A DNA stretch of 64,000 nucleotides from Octopus sinensis (taxonomy: Eukaryota): the NCBI RefSeq assembly GCF_006345805.1, contig NC_043005.1, positions 82,088,001-82,152,000 of the forward strand, in the 5' to 3' direction. Under the pieces are notes generated by a model, which was not told where the DNA came from, made no database searches, and saw only the letters and a program-made list of their open reading frames with translations. How positions within the stretch are numbered: the stretch's first letter is position 1; each line of letters starts with the position of its first letter. Shown here piece by piece: positions 40,750 through 55,820 of this stretch. The position numbers and the translations under genes are program-made.

Positions 40750-41963
40750 TCATATAATGCATACATGTATATCCATGTCTACACACACACACACACACAC
40801 ACAAAAGCATATCCATATCTCCGTATATAACTTATAAGAAGATATACGCTATATAATAAAAGAGACGTTTGTGAAATATTTTAAAAGTTTGAAATCCGGA
40901 TTTAATCAAAAGAAATTACGTTTCATCACGCTAAAACATTCTTAAGTTTATGACATTTATCATAATGCCATGGAAGAAAACGAGCAGCAGTTATCATTAG
41001 ACAGATAATAGTCCTGCGTTATATATATATATATATATATATAATGTTGTTTGCTAGCATTTGAAGCAATTTATGTCCGACTGTTTATATCTTTCACGCT
41101 TAGCCATATCAGAGTTCTGTCTCACTCAAATGCAAATCATGTTATTCACTCAAAGATGCCGTGTGGTTAGCATCATCATCATCGTCATCATCATCATCCC
41201 CATCATCATCATCATCATCATCATCGTGATTATTATTATTGGTATCATTATTATTAGTATTTTTATTATCATTATTATTACTTTTTTTATTATTATTACC
41301 ATTATTATTACTATTATGAATATTACAAGTTATCACTATTATTACTATTAATAATATTGAGAATAATGATAGCAATATTAATAAAACTACTACTACTACT
41401 ACTACTGCTATTATTATTACTACCACCAACACCACCACCACCACCACCACCACTACTACTACTACTACTATTACTACTATGGGCGATGTCAAAGTCAAAT
41501 GTCTATAGATAAAAGGGTACATTTATAAGAATCACTATAAAACAGTATAAAAGTGTACGTACAACGGCTTTTGGGTCCGTGTATGAATGTTATGTTACAT
41601 ATTCTCATCGTTAGCAGGAGAAACATTTAAAAGAAATAGACTGCAATAATCTCAGCTATGTCCCATTGATGCTTATAACCGAAGGCAACGGCACACAGGA
41701 AACTAAAATCCAGAATATGCCGGAGGGAGTTTATTGCATTTCATTTCTACAAGAGAAGTAACGTTATTTTAAGAAACGAAACTACGTATATTATCTGAAT
41801 ACAATACATTTAAATATCTATTTGCTAACAACATACATTAATGCTGATGTCAGTTTCCCCGACAAACAGACATTGGTGTAAACTCATCTGAGACAAAAAG
41901 ATGCAGTTATATTACATTATATGTATATATGCAAATGGACATATCTATATCTATATCTATCTT

Positions 41964-42036
<73 letters not shown>

Positions 42037-43287
42037 ATACATATAATATGTGTGTATGTATATGTGTGTGTCTGCGTATGCATTTATATTCCTTATGAAA
42101 TGTAAATATACTTATCTTGGCAATCCATATTCCAATATGCGTCGAGAGCAGACACTCGCGGCAACAGATATTGCTTTTACATTTTTATGTTACTAGCTTC
42201 CATATTTCTCAATAATAGCATTCGTGTATTTATTGACACTCTTTCCTTTTTACTTTCTCTCTTTCTCCCAACTCTCGCAGCTTTCCTCTCTGTATATTTC
42301 CAGAGACACAAATACGCATCATACAGAGAGGTTATATATATATATAATATATATATAATATATTATATATATATAATATATATATATATTATATATATAC
42401 ATACACAGACACGTATATTAATGTGCGTATGTGTCTCGTTGCGTGTGTATGTTTGTGCTGAGCGTATATGCGTGTCTTTCTGTACCTACGTATTCTCATG
42501 AGGTTTGCTAGTGTATAATATACATGGATTTTCATTCAATTTATTTATCGCTACAAATTTATACATCGTAACTGAAAAATATTTTATACACTTCATATCA
42601 GAATGAAATTAGAAATATGACTATCTGAAACCCGCTAAATATTACCAATTTAACTATTCAGTCCTCATATATAATTATCTAACTGCAACTCGATCTCGAG
42701 CAACGACATCGCTTGAGTGTTCTGTTCAAAATGAACCGAGAAGTTCTGGCTTTTCAGTCTCGCTAGGGTATTTAATCTGTATTTCATGAATGTGTGAAAG
42801 ATTGAGGTTCAGAGAAGGCTTATCTTCCCCGCTGACAAGGAATCTTTAAGTGAGTGGGTTTTACTCATTTTAACTAAGGCTAGCCATACTGTATAAATGA
42901 TAATATAGGAAAAAAAAAACGATTACCTATGTACTAATTAGTTTCACTTGCTAATATTTACCTATATGGATACGCAAACATCTGCAAGATCATCAGCATA
43001 GTCTGTCGTTTACAAAACACAATTTCATTTGTCTTGCTTATTTTTACACTTTGGTTTTTGGTGAATTTTTTTCTTGAGAACACATTCTTCGTGGAAAATG
43101 GCGATTTTGACGTCTATATCTAGCATATAGCCTGTCCATTTTTTTAGTGGTTAGTCCTCTAAATTTTGTATGCCAAAAAAATTTTTAATCTTTGGATTTT
43201 TAAAAATATGCTAGGCCACTGGTTTTAATTGATTAATATCAATTTCTACCCATACTTAATTTTATATATATATATATATATGCATAT

Positions 43288-43700
43288 GGTGTATTCCAGA
43301 AGTTTTCAAACGTTTTCCGGAAAGACATTTGTAAATTTCGAAGAAGTACTAAACTCTAATCTCCTTCAATTCAGGATTCAGAGTTCAATGCACCTCTCTC
43401 AGCATTCTAGTCACTTTGTGACCACCTCATGGACATCTTCCAAAATGAAAGAGTCCAGGACGTATATCATAACCCCTTTCATCTTTAGAACGACTGTTCC
43501 TGACGCTCTACTTCTGCTTGCGTAGCAACAAAAGTAGTAGGTTTCAAGTTCTAGACTGAATAGAGACTGAGGCACCGATTGACACCCATCTCTGCCATGT
43601 AGTTGGTTACCAGAATGCCCACTAATGAAACCCCTGGGAGCAATCTTTGTGTGTAATTCTGTTTACAGTTGTCACACCAACTCGAATCTATAAACCAATC
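43288..43700 (-). mobile_element. Mariner (DD34D-type) transposase C-terminal remnant
   Basis: Minus-strand pieces ILVTNYMAEMGV... and LDSFILEDVHEVVTK*LEC*ERCIE resemble mariner LVTDYL.KMG..PYSPDL and W.ER..KCI..G.YFE segments; many stops. Confidence 0.6.
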
Positions 43701-44222
43701 GTCTTTATAGACAGCCAAATGTCTCAACCAGCTCTGATTTTCGGACGTCCGTCTGCCTCCCACGAGTCTTATCGAATCTTACCTTCTCCTTACTGCCTTT
43801 GAAATTTTTGTGCCAAGGGAATAGTTAATCCAGAAACAGTGAGGAGCATTGTTCATGTGTTTCTGTAGCGTTTCCCCCACCATTAGTTCAACGGAAAGCG
43901 TCCTTGCAAAGTGAGCTTCCAAATTGTCCTCACGCCCTCACTGCATTCTACAAACTAGTTAGTAGGGAAGGACAGTGTCCAGTAAAGTGTGTTCAATGTA
44001 CAGGAACATCTGTCACCTTCCGTTTGGAATAACAAACGCTGGTAGGCCAAATTATTAAGAGTATATTAATGAGAAATAGCAAGAAGAGAATGATCTAGAG
44101 CCTTTATAAATGCCTCCTCGGAAAAAGTTTTAAAACTTGTGGAATGAATCTGGTATATAGAGAGACAAATTTGCTTACACACACACACAAACACTGAATC
44201 ACGCACACATGTATGTATAGGG

Positions 44223-44254
<32 letters not shown>

Positions 44255-44758
44255 TATTATATATATATATACATACATACGCATATATATAAGTATATGG
44301 ATTTATATATATATGTGTATATATAATATATATATATATATTATATATATATATATATATAATATCACATAAACACACACCATATATGTATACGTATACA
44401 TATATGTTTAAAGCTTGTGGAATGCAGCTGCTATATAGAGATAAATATGTTTACACAGACACACACAAATGTATGTATATGGATTTGTACAGATATATAC
44501 ATGATTATATATGTACATACTTGTATATATACATACGCTCATACATACATAGACACATACACATACATATATACATGTTCCAGGTACATGAACTCCTGCA
44601 CTCACTCTCTATTGGTTTCAACCTTTCGATTGTAATATCATTCAGTTCACATCGAGTATGAAATAAAAGCCAGGCGCTGTTTTCCGTTACTTTGTATTGC
44701 ACTGAGTCTGTCTCTCTTGTAACGATGCATCTTAATACAGTATATGAGCATAGCCCCA

Positions 44759-44814
<56 letters not shown>

Positions 44815-45204
44815 ATAATAAAATAATAATAATAATATAATAATAATAATAATAATAATAAAGTAAACAAAGAATAATAAGGTAAATAAAGAACAATAAA
44901 GTAAAGAAAGAGTTTAGCACATTTTAAATTACACTTACAATAGTTTCGTTTTAACACCATTGCACGCCAAACTTTCATGTGAAATATTACGTAATATTTT
45001 TTTTTTTATATATTAGAGTGGTATGACATCAGGTGCGCTTTTACGTTGTGCAAGAGGTAAGCGTTGTATGTTGCTTATATAGGGAGGATACGAAATAAAA
45101 GATAAGAATATATGTATATATATACACAAATACATTCACACGTGAACATACACACACACATAAATAAATACGTATTTACACACACACACACACACATATA
45201 TATA

Positions 45205-45424
45205 CGAGGGATACTCAGAAGTTCCTGGCCTTTGTATAAAAGAAAATAATGGGTGAAAGTTAATTATGATTTTATTCAACATATTCCCCCCCCCTTCAGA
45301 TTCACACACTTATCGCAACAACACTTCAGTTTTTCTAAACCTTGTAACAGAACTTGAAAACGTTGGCCTCCAACCAGGCCTTTCACGACACCCTTACAGC
45401 CAGAAACTATTCAGCACCCCTACG
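45205..45424. mobile_element. Mariner-like MITE (~220 bp)
   Basis: Imperfect TIRs CGAGGGATACTCAGAAGTTCCTGG / CCAGAAACTATTCAGCACCCCTACG, left TA. Confidence 0.7.
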
Positions 45425-47039
45425 TGTATTCCTTTTTCGAAGCCTGTTCTTGTACCTAGTCACTATGAATATTTTCTTACTGTATACAATGCATTAAATG
45501 ACAAAAGATGACTATTTCCGACACTTACAATATTAATATTCAATCTATTTTCGAAAACTCACTACTTATCTGATTACATACAATAAATCAGTTTACTCTC
45601 GCTTGGCACACTTCCTTGTTTTCTCATATTAGTTTCACTTTTCTTTACGTGATATATAACCACCTGCATTAATCGTACATGCGTTTGTACTCTGCTTCCT
45701 CTCGGGTTACTATTGCTCGTAAAAATTTCTTTTGCAACTGGCAGATGTTCTCAGTAGTAAGTTGAATGTAGATATTAAAGCGGTATTTGACCTTTGCATG
45801 CGTTTTGAATAGCAAAAAAAAAGAGAACAGCTTGAACAAGCTAATAACAAAATACCTAGCATTCCTACTTTTATAGTGTCTGATAAAAGTCAAGTTAATA
45901 CCAAACCTCGTTAATGTTTATTTATCTAGAAATGACAACATAGCATACCCAAATCGATGCTATCTACACATGTATAGCCGCATAGAAAGTTCATTGTTGT
46001 TTGACATGTCATTGAAGAAAGAAATCTACAAGGAGAAAGGCATTTTACATATTATATAAAAAAAAATGTAAAGCAATGAGACATAGGCAGTCAATAGGCA
46101 CCTATATATAATATAGAAAATAATGCAGTGATATAACGCCCTGGTTCGAGGTTTTCAAATAGAAATTGTCTTGACTGTACAGTAAACAGTTTCATTTCAG
46201 ATCAGTGAGAAAATACTGTTTGTTGTTGATGGATGCATATTTATCTACTGAAAATAGTTGACTCTGAAGTAATTTTGGTTGTGTTTTCACGGGAAATATA
46301 CTACTGTTAAATTGATCATTTAATGATTTTAAAAAATTTACTTCGTTATATCCTAAGGGATTTCAAAGAATTTATTTACATCTGTCTCCAAAATTTGCTA
46401 TGATAATACAGACACGCGCAAACATATATGTGTGTTGCGCACCCCCTCCATAGTATGTGTGTGTGTGTGTGTGAGTGTGTGCATATTTTAATAGCTTACA
46501 ACTTTGATCACTGAAATCGCACTACAATGCCAAAGCGAGGCCCCTTAAGATTACCTGTAATATGAATTTTTGTTTTATCGTTCATTTTTAATAATATATA
46601 CAGTCGACATTGCTTGAATAGCTCCTCATTATTATAGAAATAGTTTTACCTGCCTTTTTCGATTGTGTTAGCAATGCAATTCATATAGACAGGACAGCCG
46701 TGTCAGTAAGGGATGTATTTCAGCCGTCCATCTTAGCTTCTTTAATCTCTCCATTACAACTTCATAGTTATCACTCGGTTGTGTGGAGAAAATGCACTCC
46801 GTGGGATGATGACTATAAAGGAAGATAGAAATCGTCCTCCGCCCGTTGGCCAAGATGTGTGGAAAGCTTCGGCTCTCTGAACTGATGGATTTAAGTTTGT
46901 TTTAGCGTTAGAAACTTTGACGTTATTCGCGCCAGCATTCTGACTTATGTAGATGGATACTGTATATGTACATGTGTGTGTCTGCGTGCTTCATGTGTGT
47001 GACTGTGCGCGCATGCTGAATATGTGTGTGTATATATAT

Positions 47040-47103
<64 letters not shown>

Positions 47104-48057
47104 CTGAATGTGTGTTTGTGTAGAGTACAAACTATTGGCGATCTTGACCGAAGAAACAATGTGTATCAATAGTATGTGCATTATTCCATATACCGTATCA
47201 CACACACAGACACACACGCACGTACACACATGTATACATATAGATATACATATCCATGTATATATCTGATTGTTTGTTTACATGTGAGTGTGCACGCGCG
47301 CGTGTGTGAGCATTTGTGTATGTGTGACGCGTGTGTATATGTGTGACCGTATGTGTGTGCGTATGTATGTAATTCCTGTGTTATAGTTTTCTAATATTGT
47401 GTTCTCCATTCTCTCAAATACTCTCACAGACTCTCATCTTGTTATTTACTACATTTATAAAACCAGAACTTGTTTACTGATGTGAACATATACTTAATGA
47501 AATTAAGCATAAATATCCCAGTGAAACACTAAAGCCGGGGAAAAATATGGCTCCCAAATAATATAAGCTGTAATAGCTATAATAAATCTATTTCCATTCG
47601 CCTCTATTTATACACACACACACAAACACATGTATATCTTTATATGCGCACTTACATTTGTGCATATATATATATATATATGCTTTTATGTATGTATATA
47701 TACATATATATATGCATGTATATAAGTATATATCTATATAAGTATATGAATATAGATACAATTATATATGTAGATATCTATACATACATATATACATACA
47801 TATATATATATAACTTACAATGTACGTACGTACGTACGTACGTATGTACATATGTATGCATGTATACATGCACGCATGTATCTTTGTAATAATCAACAAA
47901 ACAACTGGCTTCTGGATGTTATCGTCTGAGAGTTATGGCTTTGGATATGATAAATATGCACTTACTAATCACATCTCTCTACCTCTCGCATTCACTTTAA
48001 ATATACATACACATGTACAACATTCATATATGTACACACACACACCATACACACACA

Positions 48058-48102
<45 letters not shown>

Positions 48103-48227
48103 AATATATACATATACATATTAAGGAAATATCGGCTCTCTCCTGTTGATATGAATACAAGTATATTAAATACTCATAAATATACATAAAACACACACAT
48201 TTTGAAACGGAGATATACACCTGCATG

Positions 48228-48264
<37 letters not shown>

Positions 48265-48571
48265 TACATAATTATATGTGTGTGTGTGTGTGTTTGTGTG
48301 CGTGTATGCATGCATGTAATATATATATATATATGCGTGTGTGCGTGTGTATTGATGTCTGTATATATTTGACATGCCTATTTAGAATCTTATTTTAAAT
48401 GATAACCTAGAATCTAATTTTTTTAAGCTTTATCCTATAATCTCTCTCGTAAATCGTCATGAAACTTGGTTAAATGTAATTGTTCAAGTGTTACAGCCTT
48501 TCTTTTTGTGTGCAGGATGGCTTTTTCTTTTGCGTTTTCTGCAAATACTTTAAAAGAAAAAAATCCAATCT

Positions 48572-50545
48572 AAAAAAAAAGAAAAGAAAAGTTTGCTAGC
48601 ATATGCACACATATGCAAATAATCACATATACGAAGGAGTGTATATTTTAAAAACGGGGAAAAATGATTAATAATCGATTGGAAGTCGAAATATGAGAAA
48701 TGACGATACGCACAAGAGTGAAGTAAATCAGTGCAAAAATATTAAATAGAATAGATTTAGAAACTTCGGTTCTATGTAGTTTTATATTTTTTTTGAAAAT
48801 GTGGTTTCTTGATAAAAATACACACATCAATAAGTAAACAATAATGGTGTGCAAGGTGAAGGAGAATTTGTCTTCAATGAGAATGCTTATATTCCTTGCT
48901 TCCTTCTTGGCTCTGAAAACATCGCTTGATGGTTAGCATGTGGAAGAGGCAAGTGAAGCAAATATCGATCTGTTTCCGACAATCTCATACAACAATATGG
49001 AAACCGGCTGCTTTCGTGTGTTATCAAAGTGAAGCTTCCTCTGCTCACCATATAAGAATATTCAAACGCATAAACTTTCAATATTGAATACTGATGGAAG
49101 TTGGCAGAAATTTGGAAAACAGCAAGAAGAAGCGAACGAAATATGATGTAATAATAATATGCCAAAATAAAATCACTTGCAGATTGATTCTTTCACTAAA
49201 CGGTGAGTGAAACATGAAGAAGGAACTAAAAATAAAAATTGAAACTAAAAAGAACAACAACACCATATTCATTGAGATTCTATGCTCGAAGTGGTACATG
49301 TTTCAGTCTAAAATGGCGAATAAAATTGTTTTCTGTATAACTTACTTATTACTCTAAGAAATATGTAATTACTTATAAACTGTACAATCATTTCTCTGCA
49401 GATGTTATTGCTCTACTTAGAAGGGTGTGCTTCATATTCCAGGCTCGAAACAAAGTTGATTAAATTTACACATATTCAATTTTGTATGTTAAGAGAGAAT
49501 ATTTCGTGATTCGTTTTCATTATTCAGCTCACCAGATAAAATAAAAGCAAAAAAAAAAAAAAGAAAAGAAAAGTTTGCTAGCATATGCACACATATGCAA
49601 ATAATCACATATACGAAGGAGTGTATATTTTAAAAACGGGGAAAAATGATTAATAATCGATTGGAAGTCGAAATATGAGAAATGACGATACGCACAAGAG
49701 TGAAGTAATCAGTGCAAAAATATTAAATAGAATAGATTTAGAAACTTCGGTTCTATGTAGTTTTATATTTTTTTTGAAAATGTGGTTTCTTGATAAAAAT
49801 ACACACATCAATAAGTAAACAATAATGGTGTGCAAGGTGAAGGAGAATTTGTCTTCAATGAGAATGCTTATATTCCTTGCTTCCTTCTTGGCTCTGAAAA
49901 CATCGCTTGATGGTTAGCATGTGGAAGAGGCAAGTGAAGCAAATATCGATCTGTTTCCGACAATCTCATACAACAACAATATGGAAACCGGCTGCTTTCG
50001 TGTGTTATCAAAGTGAAGCTTCCTCTGCTCACCATATAAGAATATTCAAACGCATAAACTTTCAATATGAATACTGATGGAAGTTGGCAGAAATTTGGAA
50101 AACAGCAAGAAGAAGCGAACGAAATATGATGTAATAATAATATGCCAAAATAAAATCACTTGCAGATTGATTCTTTCACTAAACGGTGAGTGAAACATGA
50201 AGAAGGAACTAAAAATAAAAATTGAAACTAAAAAGAACAACAACACCATATTCATTGAGATTCTATGCTCGAAGTGGTACATGTTTCAGTCTAAAATGGC
50301 GAATAAAATTGTTTTCTGTATAACTTACTTATTACTCTAAGAAATATGTAATTACTTATAAACTGTACAATCATTTCTCTGCAGATGTTATTGCTCTACT
50401 TAGAAGGGTGTGCTTCATATTCCAGGCTCGAAACAAAGTTGATTAAATTTACACATATTCAATTTTGTATGTTAAGAGAGAATATTTCGTGATTCGTTTT
50501 CATTATTCAGCTCACCAGATAAAATAAAAGCAAAAAAAAAAAAAG
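48572..50545. repeat. Near-perfect tandem duplication of a ~983-bp unique segment
   Basis: Copy A ~48572-49553, copy B ~49554-50545; by eye only three indels (-1, +3, -1) and no substitutions; junctions lie in A-runs. Confidence 0.95.
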
Positions 50546-50600
50546 AAAGAAAAAATTAAAAAGAAACTCGAAACAACAACAAACAACTATTAATAATAAT

Positions 50601-51248
50601 GATGTGACAAGGATGATTCATTGGGAGCTCTGTGGAAATCACGGTCTACAAAGTTCAAGTATGTGGTATGAGTAAACCCCGGAAGGTGTCACAGAGAATA
50701 AGAATTGCAAAATCCTGTGGGATGCAATGCTCCAATGCGATCACCCGACCAAACATAGGAAACCGGACTTAGGTTGGTGAATAAAAATGAAAGAGTATTC
50801 AGAGTAATCGACAGCGTGCTCCAATGACAACAGAATGAATATTAAAGAAGAAAAATTGAAACAACCATGATGGTTTGAAGTGGGCAATACGTAGGCTGTG
50901 CTTAGTGAAGAGATTAGACGTGATACTATGCGTAATTGGTGCACTTGGAAGTATCAGCACTCAACTACCAACGTGGCTGAAAAAGACTGGTGCAAGTGTG
51001 AAGGTAGAACAATAAAGAACCAAAAAATCAGCATTGCTTGGAACTGCAAGAATTCTTCGCAGGGTACTTGAAGCATCTCTAGTAAACAAATGTCATCTTA
51101 GTCTGCTGGCTGTGGACAGCTGATACTTTCCATTTTACCCCACAAAATTAGCTGTGAGTTTTCATCACATAACACTAATATCAACAACAATAACATCAAC
51201 AACGACGACGACGACGACGACAACAACAACAACAACAACAATAATAAT
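50601..51248 (+). mobile_element. R4/Dong-clade (RLE-type) non-LTR retrotransposon 3' fragment
   Basis: DVTRMIHWELCG...WYE*TPEGVTENKNCKILWD...HRKPDL...VIGALGSI...KSALLGTARILRRVL is a restriction-like endonuclease domain; flanked by TAA/AAC triplet repeats. Confidence 0.9.
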
Positions 51249-53117
51249 ATGGTGTTACAGTAGTGATTAATTAGTTTTATAATCAGATGCATTTTCTTTG
51301 CAACATTGAAAACCTGACATTCATTTTCAAAGTAGTGTGATTTAAGGTTTTTGTGACCCTACATTTCAGCAGGTGGAATTTATGATATTTAAGTGTAATT
51401 CAATTTTGGAGGGAGACGGTCCAATATCGATAAAGCCACTCTCTACGAAGTAAGTAAATGGAATTAAAGGAATTCATATCAGCTTTGATGGAAAGCTGAT
51501 TGCTAACAAAACTAAGTAGGTTCTTCAACCAATTAAAATCATGCAACTATTATTCATAATAAAGCTAAGATCCTTCGGTGTAAGTTGGGTGTGAATATAA
51601 TTTAGAAATTGCAGCCTTAATTCGTAACGCAGTTTTATGAAGGATCTATAACCATTATCGGCAGGACACTTTCATCCTATATCGCATTGAACTGTCGGAT
51701 TTTTCTCTGTTCAAAATTTATAGTCTTATGAAGTCGACTGAAGCAACGAGCTAACACAGACTTTACTACAGTGGATGAAATCCATTGAGTGATTTCTTCC
51801 GAAATTTTACGACCGGTGTTCAAATACCAGCGAAAAGAACTTAGAATTTCCTCACTCCATAGTCAATAAAATGAATTAGCAGTCACGTAATTTATCTAGT
51901 TGTATAAATACGCAATACACACGCAGTCCAATGTGTGAGCCCAATGCATTCGCTCGACTGATTAGGAGTAAGAATCAAATTAAAGAAAAAAAAAACATTA
52001 AATGAAGAGAGAGGCATTCCTCAATTAATGATTTCTGAATATAAAACAACGAAACAAGACGTTGATCTACATATCTTTTCAAGCCATTAATCTGTCTAAT
52101 TCTGGTTGATTAGGTTATATAGAGGCAAATAGCGCTAATTCGGTGACCTTGTAATTAAAGACGTACTAAGGTAACCATTTCACCTTGTTTTCAGAGTACT
52201 GTTTATCTAGGAATACATTATCCAATGACAAGAAGGTGTAGTTTTGACAGGATCTGGACGCTATAAGAATATTTGCAACTAATCTTCCGTTATTTGTAAT
52301 GAATGAATCTTTCACTCATCTACTGTGCAGTAATTTCAAATGTAAACATTTCCTCAAAATGTTAACATACATGCGCACGCATGCACATAAACGCACACCT
52401 ACAAACACGCACCCACACACATATGTGAGTGTGCGTGTATGAGTGTGAGTGTGTGTGTGTGTGTGTGTGTGCTTGTGTGTGCATGTTTGTGTGAGTCTCC
52501 GAGTCTACATGGGTATATAAACTTGTATTTACTAGATTTGCTTTTTAACAGAACAGTAATAATTTATAAAAAAAACATTGGACAAATAGCAAACCACCTG
52601 TTCACGAGGATGTTGTTCGTCTTCTCACGAACGAAATGCATTCAATTTATATTTTCTTTTACTTCAAGAGAAATTATTTTAATAATAAGAACATTTCCTT
52701 TTTTTCTTTATTTTGCATTGCTTTCGTCTCGATCAATATGTTTGGTCCTGAAACATTTTCGTACTATGAATGTTTTCCAGACGGCTGGTGTATGCTGTTA
52801 TATTTTCATGAATGTATTTCCTTTCAATGCCAAAGACCACGATTGGATATATGCTACGAAGATGCCCTACATTTCATAAAATACTTTTGGGAATCCATAT
52901 CTTTAAGAGTCCCTCCTAGCGTTTTGCATTTATGTATAGTAATGCCCTCAATACAATATAAAGAAATATATTTAAGAGAAAAATTGATAGATTGTTCTCT
53001 TGTGAGGTTTTTCACGCTAATTTCTTGATAAATTCTTATAAAAATTTGATCCTATTTTTAAATTGTTATGAAGAAATATATATATATATAGAGAGAGAGA
53101 GATAGGTACGTCTGTAC

Positions 53118-53148
<31 letters not shown>

Positions 53149-53164
53149 CAGGGAGAGAGATAGG

Positions 53165-53212
<48 letters not shown>

Positions 53213-54124
53213 AAGGGATTTAGTTCACTGATGATCTAAACAGATAGGTAATCGTAAGTGATGTAATTGGTCATCCGTTATATTCCAAGTTATACGCGGG
53301 GTCAGCGCGTATACAGTAAAGGAAAAAGAAAAGAGAACAAAAACAGGACGACCATCTTGGGTCATTTTTTTTCTTTTGATTCACCTTTAATTAAATATTC
53401 AAAATGAGCTCAGATACTCGTCCTGCCTTCGTGTTACTTTTCCTTTAATATATATATATATATGGGTGTGTGTGTATAAACATACAAATGCACACACTCA
53501 GCCACATTCACGCAGGCACACACACACACGTAGACACATGCATTCACACACACTCTCACACAGACACACATATATATATATATATATTTCATCATGTTTT
53601 TGCGAGCGATACAGGAAGTAGCAGTCCAGTGCTCTTTCTCTGAGTCTTTCTGTCTGTCTTTCTTCCTCTGAAAAAAATCACCTGCTTAGGGGTGGTCCCA
53701 CCACTTCTAGAAAGGCCAAAGACACCGTATATCACTGACAATGCTCCTACGACTCCATCAGGATTGGAGGGCCGATAAAATGGTATGGAACGCCATAAAT
53801 GTATGCACAATCATGTGCATATAAAAAGCCAAACACACCTACTTATGTGCATTTCTTCCCACAGAAGCTCAAATAAACATCTAGAGAGAAATACCGTGTG
53901 TATGCATCCGCAGAGTTATGAATGCATATGGAATGTGTTTGTAAATAATTTCATTTTGTAATCGATCCAACGTTACTGCACCAAATAGAAACATAATCAC
54001 CACGGCTTTGGATCTCCCAATTAAATTTGTCAGATGGAAACGTTGCCAAATATGCGGTATATGAATATATATCCATATATGTATATCTATGTAGATATAT
54101 ATCTTATATATCTATATATATATT

Positions 54125-54575
54125 CTTTTACTCTATTACATGTTTCAGTAATTTGACTGTGGCCATGCTGGGGCACTGCCTTTAGTCGGGCAAATTGACC
54201 ATAGGACTTATTCTTTGTAAGCCTCGTACTTATTGTATCGGGTTCTTTTGCCAAACCGCTAAGTTACGTGGACGTAAAGGCACCAGCATCGGTTGTCAAG
54301 CGATGCTGGAGGTACAAACACAGACACAAACACACACGCACACACGCTCATACACACACACATATACACACACACAAAAACACACACACACAAGCACACA
54401 CACACACATATATATGACGGGTTTCTTTCTGTTTCCGCCTACCAAATCCACTAACAAGACTTTGGTCAGCCCGCGGCTTTAGTAGAAGACACTTGCCCAA
54501 GGTGCCACGCAATGGGATTGAATCCAGAACCATGTGTTTGGTAGGCCAGCTACTTACCACACAGCTACTCCTGCA
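54125..54575 (-). mobile_element. Full-length family A CORE-type SINE
   Basis: AAGACACTTGCCCAAGGTGCCACGCAATGGGATTGAATCC head/CORE plus tail at 54125-54200. Confidence 0.9.
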
Positions 54576-54696
54576 CACACATACTCACTTAAATACATAC
54601 ATGCATATACATGCGTACATATAGACTTTACATCCATATATTTATATATCTATGTGTGTATGTATATATGTATGTATACATATATATATGTATGTA

Positions 54697-54742
<46 letters not shown>

Positions 54743-55654
54743 AAATTTTTAGAATTAGATAAAAATCCAAGGCTGTGAAAGATTTTAGAACATTTATACA
54801 TAGGTCTTACAGCTATTTCCGGTATATTTTATTATATATCCCTTCATTGGAGACGGAGGAAAATACCAAGCTATAGCCTTGTGATAGGTGCTCAGGATGT
54901 GTGTAATGCACTTACCAGCTTTTGCCCAAACACGTACATGTTCACAAATACTCTAACATAGAAACACGCATGCTCTTTTTCTCCCCCCCCCACATACTCG
55001 CTGAATCACACGCACACTTATACTAGTTAATTTTTTTTTTTACCGGTTATTATGTTATTTGGAGTTCATTAAATGTAACTTCATTATTAATAACTGTATT
55101 ATGTTGGAAACGTATGATCAATCGAATTTTTCATATCGCTAAGAAGTAAGCAAAAGATGATGAAAAAGAGCCAGAAAAAATAACCCGGAGAATAAGAAAA
55201 TATATTTTTTTTATATAAATATTTGAAATACATAATTTTAAAAGATGCCGTGAACAAGCTAAAATAGCTCTTTTAGTGTTAAGACTATTTTTTCTACGAA
55301 AAGAAAATAAATACCAAAATCTTTTAGGTTCGTCTATTAAAAAAATATCAGAGAGTTTCGTCAATGAATGCAATTATTACATATTATAATAAGATAATGA
55401 ACTGGCAGGGTCGTTAGAAAAAAAAAACGGTTTCAGTAAGTTTTTCTGAGTTCGAACACCGCTGAATTCAGCCTCTCATTATTTACGGCGATATAAAAAA
55501 AAAAGAACGAGCCACCTGCTAAAATCTAATTAGACTAAATTCAGTGCTCCTGACACTGCGTCTATATTGTAAACTCTGTATATGTTGTAAACTGTATCTC
55601 TCTCTTTATATATATATATATATATATATGACATAAGGCCAGTAATAACGGGTA

Positions 55655-55820
55655 AGGGGGCGTGTTGATTACATTGTCACCTATTTTCAGCTGGTTTTTA
55701 TTTTTTCAACCTCGAATGAATGAAATAATAAGTCACCTATTGAACTCGACGTAAAGACGGACCTAATACCGCAAAGCATTTTGGGAATCATGCTAGCGAT
55801 TCGGCCAGATTGTCGCCTTA
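55655..55820 (-). mobile_element. Degenerate family B SINE
   Basis: CCTCGAATGAATGAAAT...AATACCGCAAAGCATTT...GCTAGCGATTCGGCCAG. Confidence 0.6.

Noticed and set aside
46668-46853. Possible mariner fragment (ERLKKLRW...HP) or plus-strand exon ITRLCGENALRG...
   Set aside because: Too diverged to choose between the two readings; neither is supportable.
51373-51449. Exon-like VEFMIFKCNSILEGDGPISIKPLST with a strong donor
   Set aside because: Sequence resembles a decayed family B SINE tail (TTTTGGGGAGGGG..GTCGAT).
52439-53028. Two overlapping long plus-strand ORFs; PDGW..C vaguely C-type-lectin-like
   Set aside because: Cys/Trp spacing does not fit a CTLD, the N-terminus is microsatellite or T-rich, and no family is recognisable.
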